Source: Torpedo marmorata
Taxonomy: Eukaryota
DNA length: 64,000 bases
NCBI GenBank assembly: GCA_977017645.1
Contig: OZ360222.1
Location: forward strand, 94,922,001 to 94,986,000
Reading direction: 5' to 3'
Part shown: positions 37,531-49,869 of the stretch, one piece after another
Layout of the letters: every line of letters starts with the position of its first letter
Numbering within the stretch: the stretch's first letter is position 1
The notes under the pieces: generated by a model
Database searches by the model: none
Seen by the model: the letters and a program-made list of their open reading frames with translations, nothing else
What the model was told of the DNA's origin: nothing
Translations under genes and position numbers: made by a program

Positions 37531-39345
37531 GGTCCTTGCTGAGGCCATACGACAGCTCTCAGACACCTCCTCCTACCTACTGTTTCCACAGGACTCCATC
37601 ACCGCTCATCAAGCCACCGTCTCCAACTACATCACCAACCTCATCATCTATGGTCACCTCCATCCCACGGCCTCCAACCTCATTGTCTCCCAAGCCCGCA
37701 CTGCCCTTTTACACAAACCCAATCATCCGGGCAGACCCATTGTTTCCGCTTTCTCTTGCCCTACCAAACTAGTTTCATCTTTCCTTGACCCTATCTTTTC
37801 TCCCCTGGGCCAATCCCTCCCAACCTACATCCGCGACACCTCACATGCCCTCCATCTCTTCAATGACTTCAGATTCCCCAAACTGGACCACCTCATTTTC
37901 ACGATGGATGTCCAATCCCTTTATACCTCCATTCCCCATACAGAAGGTCTTAAAGCACTTCGCTTCTTTCGGGACAAGAGACCCGACCAGTCACCCTCTA
38001 CCACCACCCTTCTCCACCTGGCAGAACTTGTCCTCACTTCAAACAACTTCTCCTTCGACTCATCTCACTTCCTCCAAGTCAAAAGAGTAGCCATGGGTAC
38101 CCGCATGGGTCCCAGCTATGCCTGCCTGTTTGTGGGCTTTGTGGAGCAATCCATGCTGCAGGCCTACACGGGCAAGGCCCCTTAACTCTTCCTCCATTAT
38201 ATTGATGACTACATCGGGGCTGCTTCATGCACCTGCAATGAGCTTGTCAACTTTATTCACTTCGCTGCCAAACTTCCGATCTCAAACTCACCTGGTCCAT
38301 CTCCGACAACACTCTCCCCTTTCTGGATCTCTCTGTCTCCATCTCGGGGGACAAGCTTTCCACCGACATATATTACAAACTCACCAACTCCCATAACTAC
38401 CTCGACTACACTTTCTCACACCCTGTCCCCTGCAAGGATTCTATTGCATTCTCGCAATTTCTCCGTCTACGCTGCATCTGTTCCCATGATGAGGTCTTCC
38501 AGTCCAGATCTTCTGAAATGTCTGCCTTCTTTCACAAACATGGCTTCCCCTCCACCACCATCAACTCAGCCCTCACCCGCATCTCCTCCATTTCCCGCTC
38601 ATCTGCCCTGGCCCCCTCTGCCTCCAGATGTAACAAACACAGGATTCCCCTTGTCCTTACCTACCAGCCCACCAGCCTCCTCATCAAACACATTATCCTC
38701 TGGAATTTCCAGCACTTACAACAGGATCCCACCACCAGACACATCTTCCCCTCTCCTCCCTTCTCTGCCTTCTGTAGGGACCGCTCCCTCCGTGACTCCC
38801 TCATGCACTCATCCCTCCCCACCAATAGCCCACCCGGCACCTTCTCCTGTGGCCACAGGAGGTGCCACACTTGCGCCCACACCTCCTCCCTCACCACAGT
38901 CCGGGGCCCCAAACAGGCCTTTCAAGTGAAGCAACACTTCACTTGTGTATCCGCAAGATTGATTTACTGCATCTAGTGATCCCTTTGTGGCCTTCTCTAC
39001 ATCGGAGAGACTGGGGACAGACTGGGAGATCGCTTCGCTGAGCTCCTTTGTTCTGTCCGCACCAGTGACAGGGACCTCCCAGTGGCCAACCATTTCAGTT
39101 CTGCGTCCCATTCCCATACTCACGTCTGTCCATGGCCTCATGTACTATCCCACCAAGACCACCCGTAAATTGGAGGAACATCACCTGATTTTCGATCTGG
39201 GCACTCTCCGGCTGGATGGCATTAACATCGACTTTACCAGTTTCTGCTAACCTGCTCTCCCTTCCATTCCCCCGGTCTTCTTTCCCTCAGCTATCCACAC
39301 CCTTGCCTCTCTATTCACCTTGTCATCCCTCCTCCCCTTGCTTGT
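37531..39345 (+). mobile_element. Penelope-like element RT + GIY-YIG, frameshifted
   Basis: MDVQSLYTSIPH, AMGTRMGPSYACLFVG, YIDD, LPFLD, and GIY-YIG (LIYCI..LCGLLYIGETG). Confidence 0.92.
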
Positions 39346-39469
39346 CAAGCATGAACGCGATGGGTTGAACGGCCGCAACCCCCAATCCGTGTCTCATTCA
39401 AGGGGAATCCCCTTTGTCCGCTTTAGGGTAAGCACTCAGCGGGTTAGGGAGCAGGACGAGGGGGTCTCT

Positions 39470-39930
39470 GTCAAAATGGGGAGCAGCCAGACCAGCGGAG
39501 AGCCCTGGGAGGAGGAGGAGGAGCAGCAGCCCGGGCGGGGAAGGCAGACACGGGCAGCGAGGGGAAGGGGAAGCCGGGGCGGGGCCGGCTCAGTCGCCGC
39601 TGGCGCGTTGCCACGGGGCTGAACTCTGCCGCTGTGTGCAGGCATGGAGGGGGATCCTCAGCCCTCCAATGATGAACCATGATGCGTGGCCCTCCTGTCC
39701 TCAGCAGGTCAGCCCCGGGAGGAAGGGCCGAGCGTCGGCCCCAGGAGGGATGTTGGCAGGATGCGCCGAGCTCCTTGCCCCGTCCTGCACACATGCGGTG
39801 TCTGAGCATCAGTGCGCAGTGTCCGAACAGCAGGGTCCACCGGTTCTGGTCAAAACTAGGGGGGCATATGGAGGGCGAGGGGTACACCGGCCGGGTCCAG
39901 GGGAGGAACAGGAGATGTTGAAGGCGGTCA
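39470..39930. other. GC/CpG-rich patch of unknown origin
   Basis: Sharp compositional contrast with the flanks; GGGGCGGGG box near 39575; no recognisable protein. Confidence 0.5.
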
Positions 39931-40128
39931 AAGGAGAGAGCGGAGGTTCTTCAGAAAAAAATCATTTGGTGGGTTGAGATTTGGGTCAATTCAAAAGTAG
40001 CGTGAAGCAGATTCTACAGGAAGGTGGTTAAATGAGTGAAGTAGAAAATATTCAGGGGAGTGAGGAGAGAGCAAGGTGGGTGGGGGGGGGAGGGGAAGAA
40101 AGAGAGAGAGAGAGAGAGAGAAAGAGAG

Positions 40129-42069
40129 ATATCAATTTTTCGTTCTGCATATTATTTAGATCAGAATGACAGACCATACTCTGATCACTTTGGCTTACTG
40201 GAACTTCAAAACAAAAATGGTATTGACATTGGAATTGGACTGCATTTCCGCACTAGTGCTACAGAGATAATTAATCTGAAAAAGAAAATTTGTCAGCATA
40301 TCAAGCAGATAAATGGCAAAATTTCTGTTCTCATTGATGAATCAACAAGCCTGAGCATTAAGACCACCCTAATAGTTTATTTGAAATGTGAAAGTAATAA
40401 GGAAGGTGATTCCCATTTTATGTTTTTAGATCTAATTGAACTGCCTGATCAGAAAGCTGCAACTATTGCTAAGCAGCTATTGAACTGTCTCAATAACCAT
40501 GGGTTTGATGACTCTTACTTGAAACAGAACCTTGTAGCATTTGGTAGTGATGGGGCGAGCATAATGTTTGGTGTCAAATCTGGTGTTGCTACAATTCTCA
40601 AGGAACATTAATTACCCTGATGTGATAATTTGGCACTGTCTTAATCACAGATTAGAATTTGCAGTAGGTGATTCGGTGAGAGAAGTTCATGGAATTAATC
40701 ATTTTCAATCATTTATGGACAAATTGTACTCTGTTTACACCTCTAAATCAAAAGGAACTGTCTGAATGTGACTCTCAACTTGAACAACAAATTTGCAATA
40801 TAGGCCGTGTTCTGGGCATAAGGTGGGTAGCTAGCTCGTTTAGAACAGTTTCAGCAGTGTGGCAAAATTATGCAGCACTGTGTTTTCATTTTGAAAAAGC
40901 ACTGAAGGATGAAACAAGATCTGGGAGTGACAGAAAAAAACCTATGAAGGTCTGTTGAAAAGACTCTCTTCAGAACAGTTTCTATTGGACTTAGCTCTAA
41001 TGTATGACACGTTGCATGAACTTGGTTTACTGTCAGAGTGTTTACAGAAACGCACTACTATGATTGTTTATGCAGACAAAGTGATCCAACGGAGCATAAG
41101 ATCACTGCATGTACTGAAAGAGCAACCTGGTACAAAAACTCTAGAAGCTCAAGAGGCAGTTGAAAAGGGAAAGTTTGGAGAAATTACCTTAACAAGCAAA
41201 AACAAAATTGTCTCGATTACTTATCTGCAGTTTCTTTCTAGTCTTATAAACAATTTGCAGCACCGTATGTTCACGACAACATCCTTGAAAGGTTCTCAAA
41301 CTTCTGAACCTCAAAGTATGTATAAATCACTACTAAATGAAATGTGTATCCTTGATAGAGGCTGCTGGCCTGCTGAAATAATGCCTAATTATGGAGAAGC
41401 TGCAATATCATCTCTCTGTAAGAGGTTTAAGCTTTCTTCTTCCTCTGTAATAAATGCCTTCAGAGATTATGTGGAGGATCGTGGACGCCGCATCCCCCAA
41501 GATTTACGCCCATTACTGAGCTGTTCACAAGTTATTCCTATTAGTACTGCTGAGTGTGAGAGGGGATTCAGTCACATGAACTTGATAATAACAACAACAC
41601 GCTCAAGAATTATCATAAATCATGTATCAGCACTTATGTTTGTTAAACTACATGGACCTCCTCTAGTTCAGTGGAATCCTGAGCCATATGCCACATCATG
41701 GCTGCGGTACCACAGATCAGCAGATAACACCAGGACAAGAGTTGCTTCAAACCCCCGTAAACATATTACGCCTGACCCTTTGTGGAAATTATTGTGAAAC
41801 TTCTCATTGGTGGCATTTGGTAAGTAGGTAAAATTTTAATTGGTAAAATACATGATTGCCATCATTTTCTTTACTTGTTGATAATTATATTTTATGATAA
41901 TTAGTGAGTGCAACCGTGCAATACATAGTCATATTATTAAATTATACAACACTCTCAATTATACAACGCCAAATACAACATGGCGGCCACCAAGGCCAGG
42001 TCTCGCGAAACCTCCTTGTTGTCGTTTTTGGTGAGCTCTGGCACCTAAAAAATTAGCACTGCACCCCTG
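40129..42069 (+). mobile_element. hAT DNA transposon 3' part with frameshifted KIAA1586/ZNF862-like transposase
   Basis: IFRSAYYL..NDRPYSD, LIDEST, SDGAS, WHCLNHRLE, RWVAS and STAECERGFS (hATC) motifs over ORFs 40060-41797; probable right TIR ...GCACTGCACCCCTG ending at 42069; left end replaced by (GA)n. Confidence 0.88.
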
Positions 42070-45000
42070 ATCATACCACTCTCTGCCTGAAGATGTTCCC
42101 CCGAATGTTCCCCCCAAAACTTTTCCCGTTCCATCCTTAACCCATATTCCTCTGGTTTGTATCTCACCGAACGTCAGTGGAAAAAGCCTACCTACATTTA
42201 TTGTGTCTACCCCCCACTCATAATTTTATATACCTCTATCAAATCTACCCTCATTCCTCTACGCTCCAGGGAATAAAGTCCTAACCTTTCACTGTAACTC
42301 AGTTCCTGAAGACCCGCAAGATCCTAGTAAATCTTCTCTGCACTCTTTCAATCTCATTGATATCTTTCCTGCAGTTATCTGACCAAAACTGCACATTATA
42401 CTCCAAATTTGGCCTCTTGAATGTCTTATACAACTTTATCATAACATCCCAGCTCCTGTAGTCAATACTTTGATTTATGAAGGCCAATATGCCAAAAGCT
42501 CTCTTTACACCCTGTGACGCTACTTTCAGGGAATTATGTATCTGCATTCCCAGATCCCGCTGTTCAACTGCACTCCTCCGTGCCCTACCATTGACCGTGT
42601 ACCTTGGATTGTCCTTCCACAATGCAACACCTTGCATTAAATTCCATCTGCCATTTTTCAGCCCATTTTTCAAGAAGGTCCAGATCCCTCTGCAAGCTTT
42701 GAAAGACTTCTTCACTGTCCATTATGCCTCCGATCTTTGTCTCATCTGCAAAATTGCTGATCCAATTTACCACATTATCATCCAGATCATTGATATAGAT
42801 GACAAACAACAATGGCCCCAGTACTGATCCCTGAGGCACACCACTAGTCACATGCATCCCGTCTGAGAAGCAATCATCTACTAGCGCGCTTGGGCTTCTC
42901 CCGTGAAGCCAATGTCAAATCCAGTTTATAACCTCTCCATGAATACCAAGCGTCTGAACCTTCCTAACTAATCTGCCATGTGGGACCTTGTTAAAGGTCT
43001 TACTCAAGTCCAGGGAGACAACTCCCACAGCCTTTTCTTCATCAACTTTCTTGGTAACCTCCTCGAAAAACAATGGTGAATCACGACCCACCATGCACAA
43101 AGCCACGTTAACTATCCATAATCAGTCCCTGGCTATCCAAATATATAAAATGTATCCTTTTAAAAAATATATATTTTATTAAAAATTTTTAAATCACAGA
43201 ATACATAATATAAAATACAAAATTATCAAAATACATGTGATACATTTTCACCCCCCCCCCACCCCTCCCTAATCCTCCCACCTCTACTAATCTACTAAAA
43301 TAAAAAAGAAAGAAAAAAGAAAAAAATAGATTAAGGAGAATGTCAATCTAAAAAAAACCAACTATAAACTGAATTTATCGTGGAAGATAGGTTCGCCAGT
43401 CAGATCTGATATCCAGAGATCTTCAATCCTTAAACCAACAGTTTTTATATATGGGCTACATATTTTCAAAAAGAAATGATACTTATTACGTAAATTATAG
43501 GTAATTTTTTCAAGTGGTATAGCTGAACGAAGTTCTGCATGCCATCTTTCTAAGCCTAAATCTACATCAGATTTCCATGTAATAGCAATGAATTTCTTAG
43601 AAACAGCTAAAGCAATTCGCAAAAATTCTATTTGATACATATTTAATTTCATCTTAATACTAATTCTTTTAATATCCCCAAACAAAAATATCATAGGGTC
43701 AACCAAAAATCATATATCTTTGGACAAAACCACGTAGAGTGTACAAAAGAACCTTTTTCTCCATTACATCTAAAACATAAACCTGATAATGTCGGATTAA
43801 ATTTCTTTAATTTCTTAGGTGTTAAATATAGTTGGTGAAAAAATTATATTGCACTAATCTATATCTAACGTTAATAATCTTCGTCATACTTAGTTTACAT
43901 AATTATTTCCAATGTTCCTCACCTATTGTTACATTCAAATCTGATTCCCATTTTAATCTTGATTTATGAATTCCCAATTTAGGTATTTTCCTCTGTAACA
44001 ATTTATACATTTGAGAAATAAATTTATTTACACCTCCATTAGTAACTAATAATTCCAATTCACTCTGTCTTGGTAAAGTCAAACTATAACCCAACTTTTC
44101 AACTAAAAATGCTCTGATTTGATAATAAGTAAAAAGTGTATTGTTTAATATATTAAACTTTTCTTTCATTCTTTGAAAAGTAATAAATTTACTAGCTTCA
44201 AAACAATCATTTATTTTCTTAATTCCCTTTTGGAACCAAATTTTAAATAATTGATTAACAACAGTAAATGGAATAAGCTTATTTTGATATAAAGGCATTT
44301 TTTGAGAAATTGACCCTTTCCCTCCTATCTCCCTATCCACTCTATTCTATATTTCTAACAAATGTTTAAAAATAGGAGAATTCTTCCCTCTTATTAATAA
44401 TAATTTAGAATTCCATTTATAAATAACTTCTTCTTTCAAATCTTCTCCTATATTATTTAGTTCTATTCTAATCCAAGCAGAAGATTTTCCTAAATCAAAC
44501 ATTTTGTTAACAAATTTTAATTGAGCTGCTTTATAATAATTTTGAAAATTAGGAAGTTGTAAACCACCCATTTCATAATTCCAAGTTAATTTCTCCATAC
44601 CTACTCTAGCCAACTTTCCTTTCCACAAAAACTTCCTAATAATTAAATTTAAATCCTTAAAGAATTTCGGAGGAATTTCATAAGGAATTGATTGAAAAAG
44701 ATATTGAATTCTTGGAAAGACATTCATTTTAATACAGTTTACCCTTCCTATTAAAGTTATAGGTAAATCTTTCCAACTTTCTAAATCTTTTTTAATTTTC
44801 ATAAATAATGATAAATAATTTAATTTATATAAATTAGCTAATTTTGTATCAATCTTTATTCCCAAATATTTAATTCCTTCCTTTGACTGTGTCAATGCCA
44901 TCATTTCACTTTTATCAGAATTAATCTTATAACCAGATATTTCCCCGTATTCTTTCAATAAAACATTCAATTATATTAAAGAAGTAATAGGTTTTGTCAT

Positions 45001-47776
45001 ATAAATCAATACATCATCTGCAAATAAACTAATTTTATGCTCTTCTCTTCCAACTTTAATACCTGCAATCTTAATATCTTGTCTAATTAATTCTGCCAAA
45101 GGTTCTATTGCTAAAATAAACAATGCTGGCGACAAAGGATATCCTTTTCTAGTCGACCTAGTTAACAAAAATTTTGAAGAAATTTGTCCATTTGTCACCA
45201 CTCTGGCAGAAGGTTGTTTATATATAGTTTTAATCCAATTTATAAATGTAGTTCCAAAACCAAATTTTTCCAATACTTTAAATAAATAATTCCACTCTAA
45301 TCTATCAAAAGCCTTTTCAGCATCTAATGTTAATACTAATGCTAATTCCTCTTTCTTTTGTGCCACATTTATTAAACTGATTAACCTGGCTATATTATCT
45401 TTTGAATATCTATTCTTAATAAAACCTGCTTGATCTACATGAATTAAATCTGATAAATATTTAGCTACTCTATTTGCTAAAATTTTTGCCATTATCTTAT
45501 AATCCACATTTAACAATGAAATTTGTCTATATGATTCTGTTTTCAACAAATCTCTATTTCTTTTGGTATAACTGTTATTAATGCATTTGAAAATGTTTCC
45601 AGTAGAGAATGAGTTTCCGTTATTTGTTTTTACACCTCCATATATGGAGGTATCAATAAATCCTTAAATTCCTTATAAAATTCTGGTGGGAAACCATCCT
45701 CCCCGGAGATTTTCCACTTGTTAAAGAACTGAGAACCTCATTAACTTCTCTCATCGTACATGATGAATCTAAAAGTTATTTATTTTGAATATTCAATCTA
45801 GGTAACTTAATTTTAGATAAAAATTCATTAATTTTAGAATCATCTTTATCAGTTTGGGATTTATATAAATTTAAATAAAATTCCCTCAAGTAATAATTTA
45901 TTTCTCGAGGTTTGTATGTTATTTTCTTTGAATTTTTTTTATGGCATTTATAGTTCGAGAAGTTTGTTCTTTCTTTAATTGCCACGCCAACACTTTATGC
46001 GCTCTTTCTCCCAATTCATAATATCTTGGTTCAGTTCTTTCAATTAATTTTTCCATTTTATATGTTTGTAATGTATTATAATACAATTTTTTTCAATTAA
46101 ATTCCACCTCTTTTCTTCTGATCTCTTCTTTTGCAAATCTTTCTCCAGAAACTCGATCTCTTTCTCCAAATTATCCAATTCCTGAACATATTCCTTCTTA
46201 ACTTTTGCTGAATAACTTATTATTTGACCTCTTAAATAAGCCTTTAGATCCTTGTATATCCAATCTTTTAGGATACCTTCGAATAATTTACCTACTACTG
46301 TCATCAGGCTCACCAGCCTATAATATCCTGGGTTATTTTTGGAGCCTTTTTTAAACAACGGAACAACATGAGCTACACTCCAATCTTCTGGCACCTCACC
46401 TATGGCTAAGGACATTTTAAATATTTCTGCCAGGGCCCCTGCAATTTCTACACTAGTTTCTCTCGAGGTCCGAGGGAATATCTTGTCAGGCCCTGGGGAT
46501 TTATCCACTGCTATTTGCTTTAAGACAGCAAGCACCTCCTCCTCCTTAATACGTATAGGTTCCATGACCACACTGTTTGTTTTCCTTACATCCCTAGACT
46601 CTGTGCTAGTTTCCTGAGTGAATACTGATGCATAAAAAAACATTTAAGATCTCTCCCACCTCTTCTGGCTCAATACCACTCTGATCTTCAAGGGACCAAT
46701 TTTGTCCCTTGCTATCTTTTTGCTCTTAATTTTCCTGTAGAAACCCTTAGGATTTTCCTTCACATTGTTTGCCAAAGCAACCTCATGTCTTCTTTTATCC
46801 CTCCTGATTTCCCTTTTAAGTTTACTCCTGCATTTTCTATACTCCTCAAGAACTTCATTTGCTCCTTGTTGCCTTAACCTGCTATACACCTCTCTCTTCT
46901 TCTTAACCAGATCCCCAATATTCCTCGAAAATCAAGCTTCGCTATGTCTTTTAACTTTATGTTTAATCCTGACAGAAACATACAAACTCTGTACTCTCAA
47001 TATTTCACCTTTGAGGCCTTCCATTTACTGAACACATCCTTGGCAGAAAACAACTATTCCCAATCCACTCATTCTAGATCCTTTCTCATTTCCTCAAAAT
47101 TAGCCTTTCTCCAATTTAGAATCTCAACCCGAGGCCCAGACCTATCCTTCTCCATAATTAACTTGAAACTAATGGCATTATGATCACTGAACCCAAAATG
47201 TTCCCCGACACATACCTCTGTCACCTTTCCTGTCTGTTCTCTAATAGGAAATCCAGTATTGCACTCTCTCTCATTGTTACCTCTCTATATTGATGTTGAA
47301 AACTTTCCTGAACACATTTGACAAACTCCAAGCCATCCAGCCCTTTTACAGTATGGGAGTCCCAGTCAACATGTGGAAAGTTAAAATCTCCTACTCTCAA
47401 CTTTATGTTTCTGGAGCTGTCTGCTATCTCTCTACAGATTTTCTCCTCCAATTCTCGCTGACTATTGGGCGGTCTATAATACAACCCCATTAGTGTGGTC
47501 ATACCTTTCCCATTCCTCAACTCCACTCATATAGCCTCAGTAGACGAGCCCTCTGCTCTGTCCAGTCTGAGCACAGCTGTGATATTTTCCCTGACGAGTA
47601 ATGTCACTCCTCCCCCTTTCACCCCTCCCACGCTATCACATCTGAAACAATGGAACCCCAGAACATTGAGCTGCCAGTCCTGCCCCTCCTGTAACCAAGT
47701 TTCACTAATGGCCACAGTCATAATTCCATGTGTCAATCCACGCTCCAAGCTAGTCTGCCTTTCCTACAATCCTCCT
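42070..47776 (-). mobile_element. CR1 LINE split by an L1 insertion (pieces 42070-43150 and 46248-47776)
   Basis: EN motifs (ISETW, YYRPP, GDFNFP) at 47221-47748, KSPGPD near 46490, RT motifs GVPQGSVLGP and NFADE at 42585-42857. Confidence 0.88.
43160..46247 (-). mobile_element. L1 family A, 5'-truncated, frameshifted ORF2
   Basis: Collinear fragments from LKAYLRGQ to LEKITYNLRNK plus a 3'UTR like that at 19441-19700. Confidence 0.92.
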
Positions 47777-48267
47777 TCCTAACAATGAACCTTACTTTAA
47801 CAATATCACCTCCAATTCCTCTCAGCATAACCCTGCTCCTGTACCTCTTTTCTCAAGATAATTGAGCTTCCCACCTGCTGGCAGCTAAAACGTGTGATCA
47901 TAAAGATAAAGGCAACCCTTCCATCCATTTGACACTTGCAAACATCAACTTAGATACCAGCACCTGGAACATTGTGGAGCTTAACTTTAATGTGTGATCA
48001 GCAAAAAATGAGTGTCTTAATATGAATGGCTTGATCGTGGTTATTAGGTTGGTGAGATCCCAATTTGAAATTCTCCAAGATATGTGAAAGGAGTATCAGA
48101 TACAGACTTAAATGGAACAGTCAATTAAATAAGGCTGATAGTTATGCATATAGAATAGTTCAACACTGCGCACCTCTGAGTAGCGTATGCAGCCTATCAC
48201 GTTCAAATCAATAGTTCTGGACCAATCTGTCTTGCAATTTCTTATAACCAATATCTTATAACCAGTG

Positions 48268-48443
48268 GTAAAACACGAAAATCTGTAGACACCGTGGTTG
48301 AAGTAAAAAACACAAATGCTGGAGAACTCAGCAGGTCAAACAGTGTCCTTTATTTAGCAAAGGTAGAAATACATAACCGACGTTTCGGGCTTGAGCCCTT
48401 CATCAAAGTATGAGAAAATGCCGGCAGGCGTCCGAACAAAGGA
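48268..48443 (-). mobile_element. 176-bp solo PLE terminus carrying a hammerhead motif, 13-bp TSD
   Basis: Near-identical to 32589-32755; flanked by CTTATAACCAGTG at 48255-48267 and 48444-48456. Confidence 0.85.
48372..48412 (-). ncRNA. Minimal type I hammerhead ribozyme motif
   Basis: Minus strand reads CATACT TTGATGA A GGGC TCAA GCCC GAAAC GTC GGTTATG; stem I pairs CAUACU with GGU(U)AUG, one bulge. Confidence 0.72.
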
Positions 48444-49003
48444 CTTATAACCAGTGTCTCAGTTAATAGCTCAAGTAGAAAACACATAACCTTAAGCTCC
48501 CACAGTGGAAACTCAGACTGTTCCCATGATGGATCTGTATATCAACATTCAGAAGGACATTTATGATTTCATGGCTTTCCAAAATCCCACCCCCCAACAG
48601 GATTTCTGAGACAATGGCATAATGGAGAGTAATGTGGCATAAATCTGCTGACTTTTCTTTGCATAATAGCACATATTCCCACTCCTGCCATTCTGATAAG
48701 AAATATTGTCCATCAGCCAGTCACTTTGAAATATTACAGGACAATTAGATCATAGCTACTTGAGATCATCCTTCTCATGTCACTTACAGACTCTCCACCA
48801 TGGTTAGTGAGCTAAATACTCATAACCGATGCTGGAGTCTGTGGAAAAGCACCATCAAGGAATGCCAGCACATGGAAAACAGGCACCAGGAAAATGATAG
48901 CCTGGTTTTTGTCATGAATGTCATTCAATAATTTTTTGTTGTTGTCACTGCAATGATCCAATGGAATAAAAGTAATGAGAGAATTGAAATGAATGACGAA
49001 ATA

Positions 49004-49869
49004 CAGGTAGTCCTCGACTTACGTCTGTAATTGGGACCGAAAGAGTGGTCGTAACTCGGATTGGTCATAAGTCGGATTCATCCTACCGCGCATATCTGCT
49101 ACCACCCCACTACCACCACCATCAACATTATTTTCAGTTTAAAGCCTTGTTTCCAGCTCTAGTTGTTGTATTTACTTGGATTGTGGTCCTAGCTAATTCA
49201 AGAGAAACCCATCCTTATGGAACAGCTCACCCATCCGAGCTCCTGACGCCCCGACCGCCTGCCCATCCGAGCTCCCGACGCACCAGCCACCCGCTCATCG
49301 GAATTCCAGATGTCCTGACCGCCCACCCATGCGAGCTCCCGATGCCTCAGCCACCCGCCCACCGGAGCTCCCAACGCCCCCGACCGCGGATCCTTGCCTG
49401 GGCCGCCTGTCCATCCGAGCTCCCGACGCCCCCCGACCGCGGATCCTTGCCTGGGCCGCCCGTCCATCCAAGCTTCCCGACGCCCCGAACATGTCTTCGT
49501 TACCCATAATCCCCCACGCAGCTGGAACCGCTCTGCGTTGCGCTGGCACTGGCAGAGCAGTTCCAGCTGCGTGGGGGATTATGGGTAATGAAGACGGCCA
49601 TTGATCCCGCATTGAGACGCCGCTCCTGCCTGACGCCCGAGTCCAATGACTACTTCTAACGAGTTTAAACATGCTACTTGCTGAGCAGCATTAAGCTGTG
49701 AGCATTCAGCATTGTCGCACACTTTATTATGCGATTTTTATGAACTGCAAGTAAATACTGTAATAAAGAATCTCAACATATAAACAGTACTTTTAAAATA
49801 CAAAAAAAAAATTTGGTCGTATGTGCGGGTGGACGTAAATCGCGTAGGTCGTAAGTTGAGGACTACCTG
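49004..49869. mobile_element. Tc1/mariner (Tigger/pogo-like) MITE with internal minisatellite and palindrome
   Basis: TIRs CAGGTAGTCCTCGACTTACG / CGTAAGTTGAGGACTACCTG with TA on both sides; CCATCCGAGCTCCCGACGCC repeats at 49225-49490. Confidence 0.92.

Noticed and set aside
46044-46643. 199-aa ORF that looks like a CR1-L1 fusion protein
   Set aside because: Chance in-frame junction where a truncated L1 inserted into a CR1; both sides are otherwise disrupted.
49045-49672. Several overlapping Pro/Arg/Gly-rich ORFs
   Set aside because: By-product of the GC-rich minisatellite and palindrome inside the MITE.
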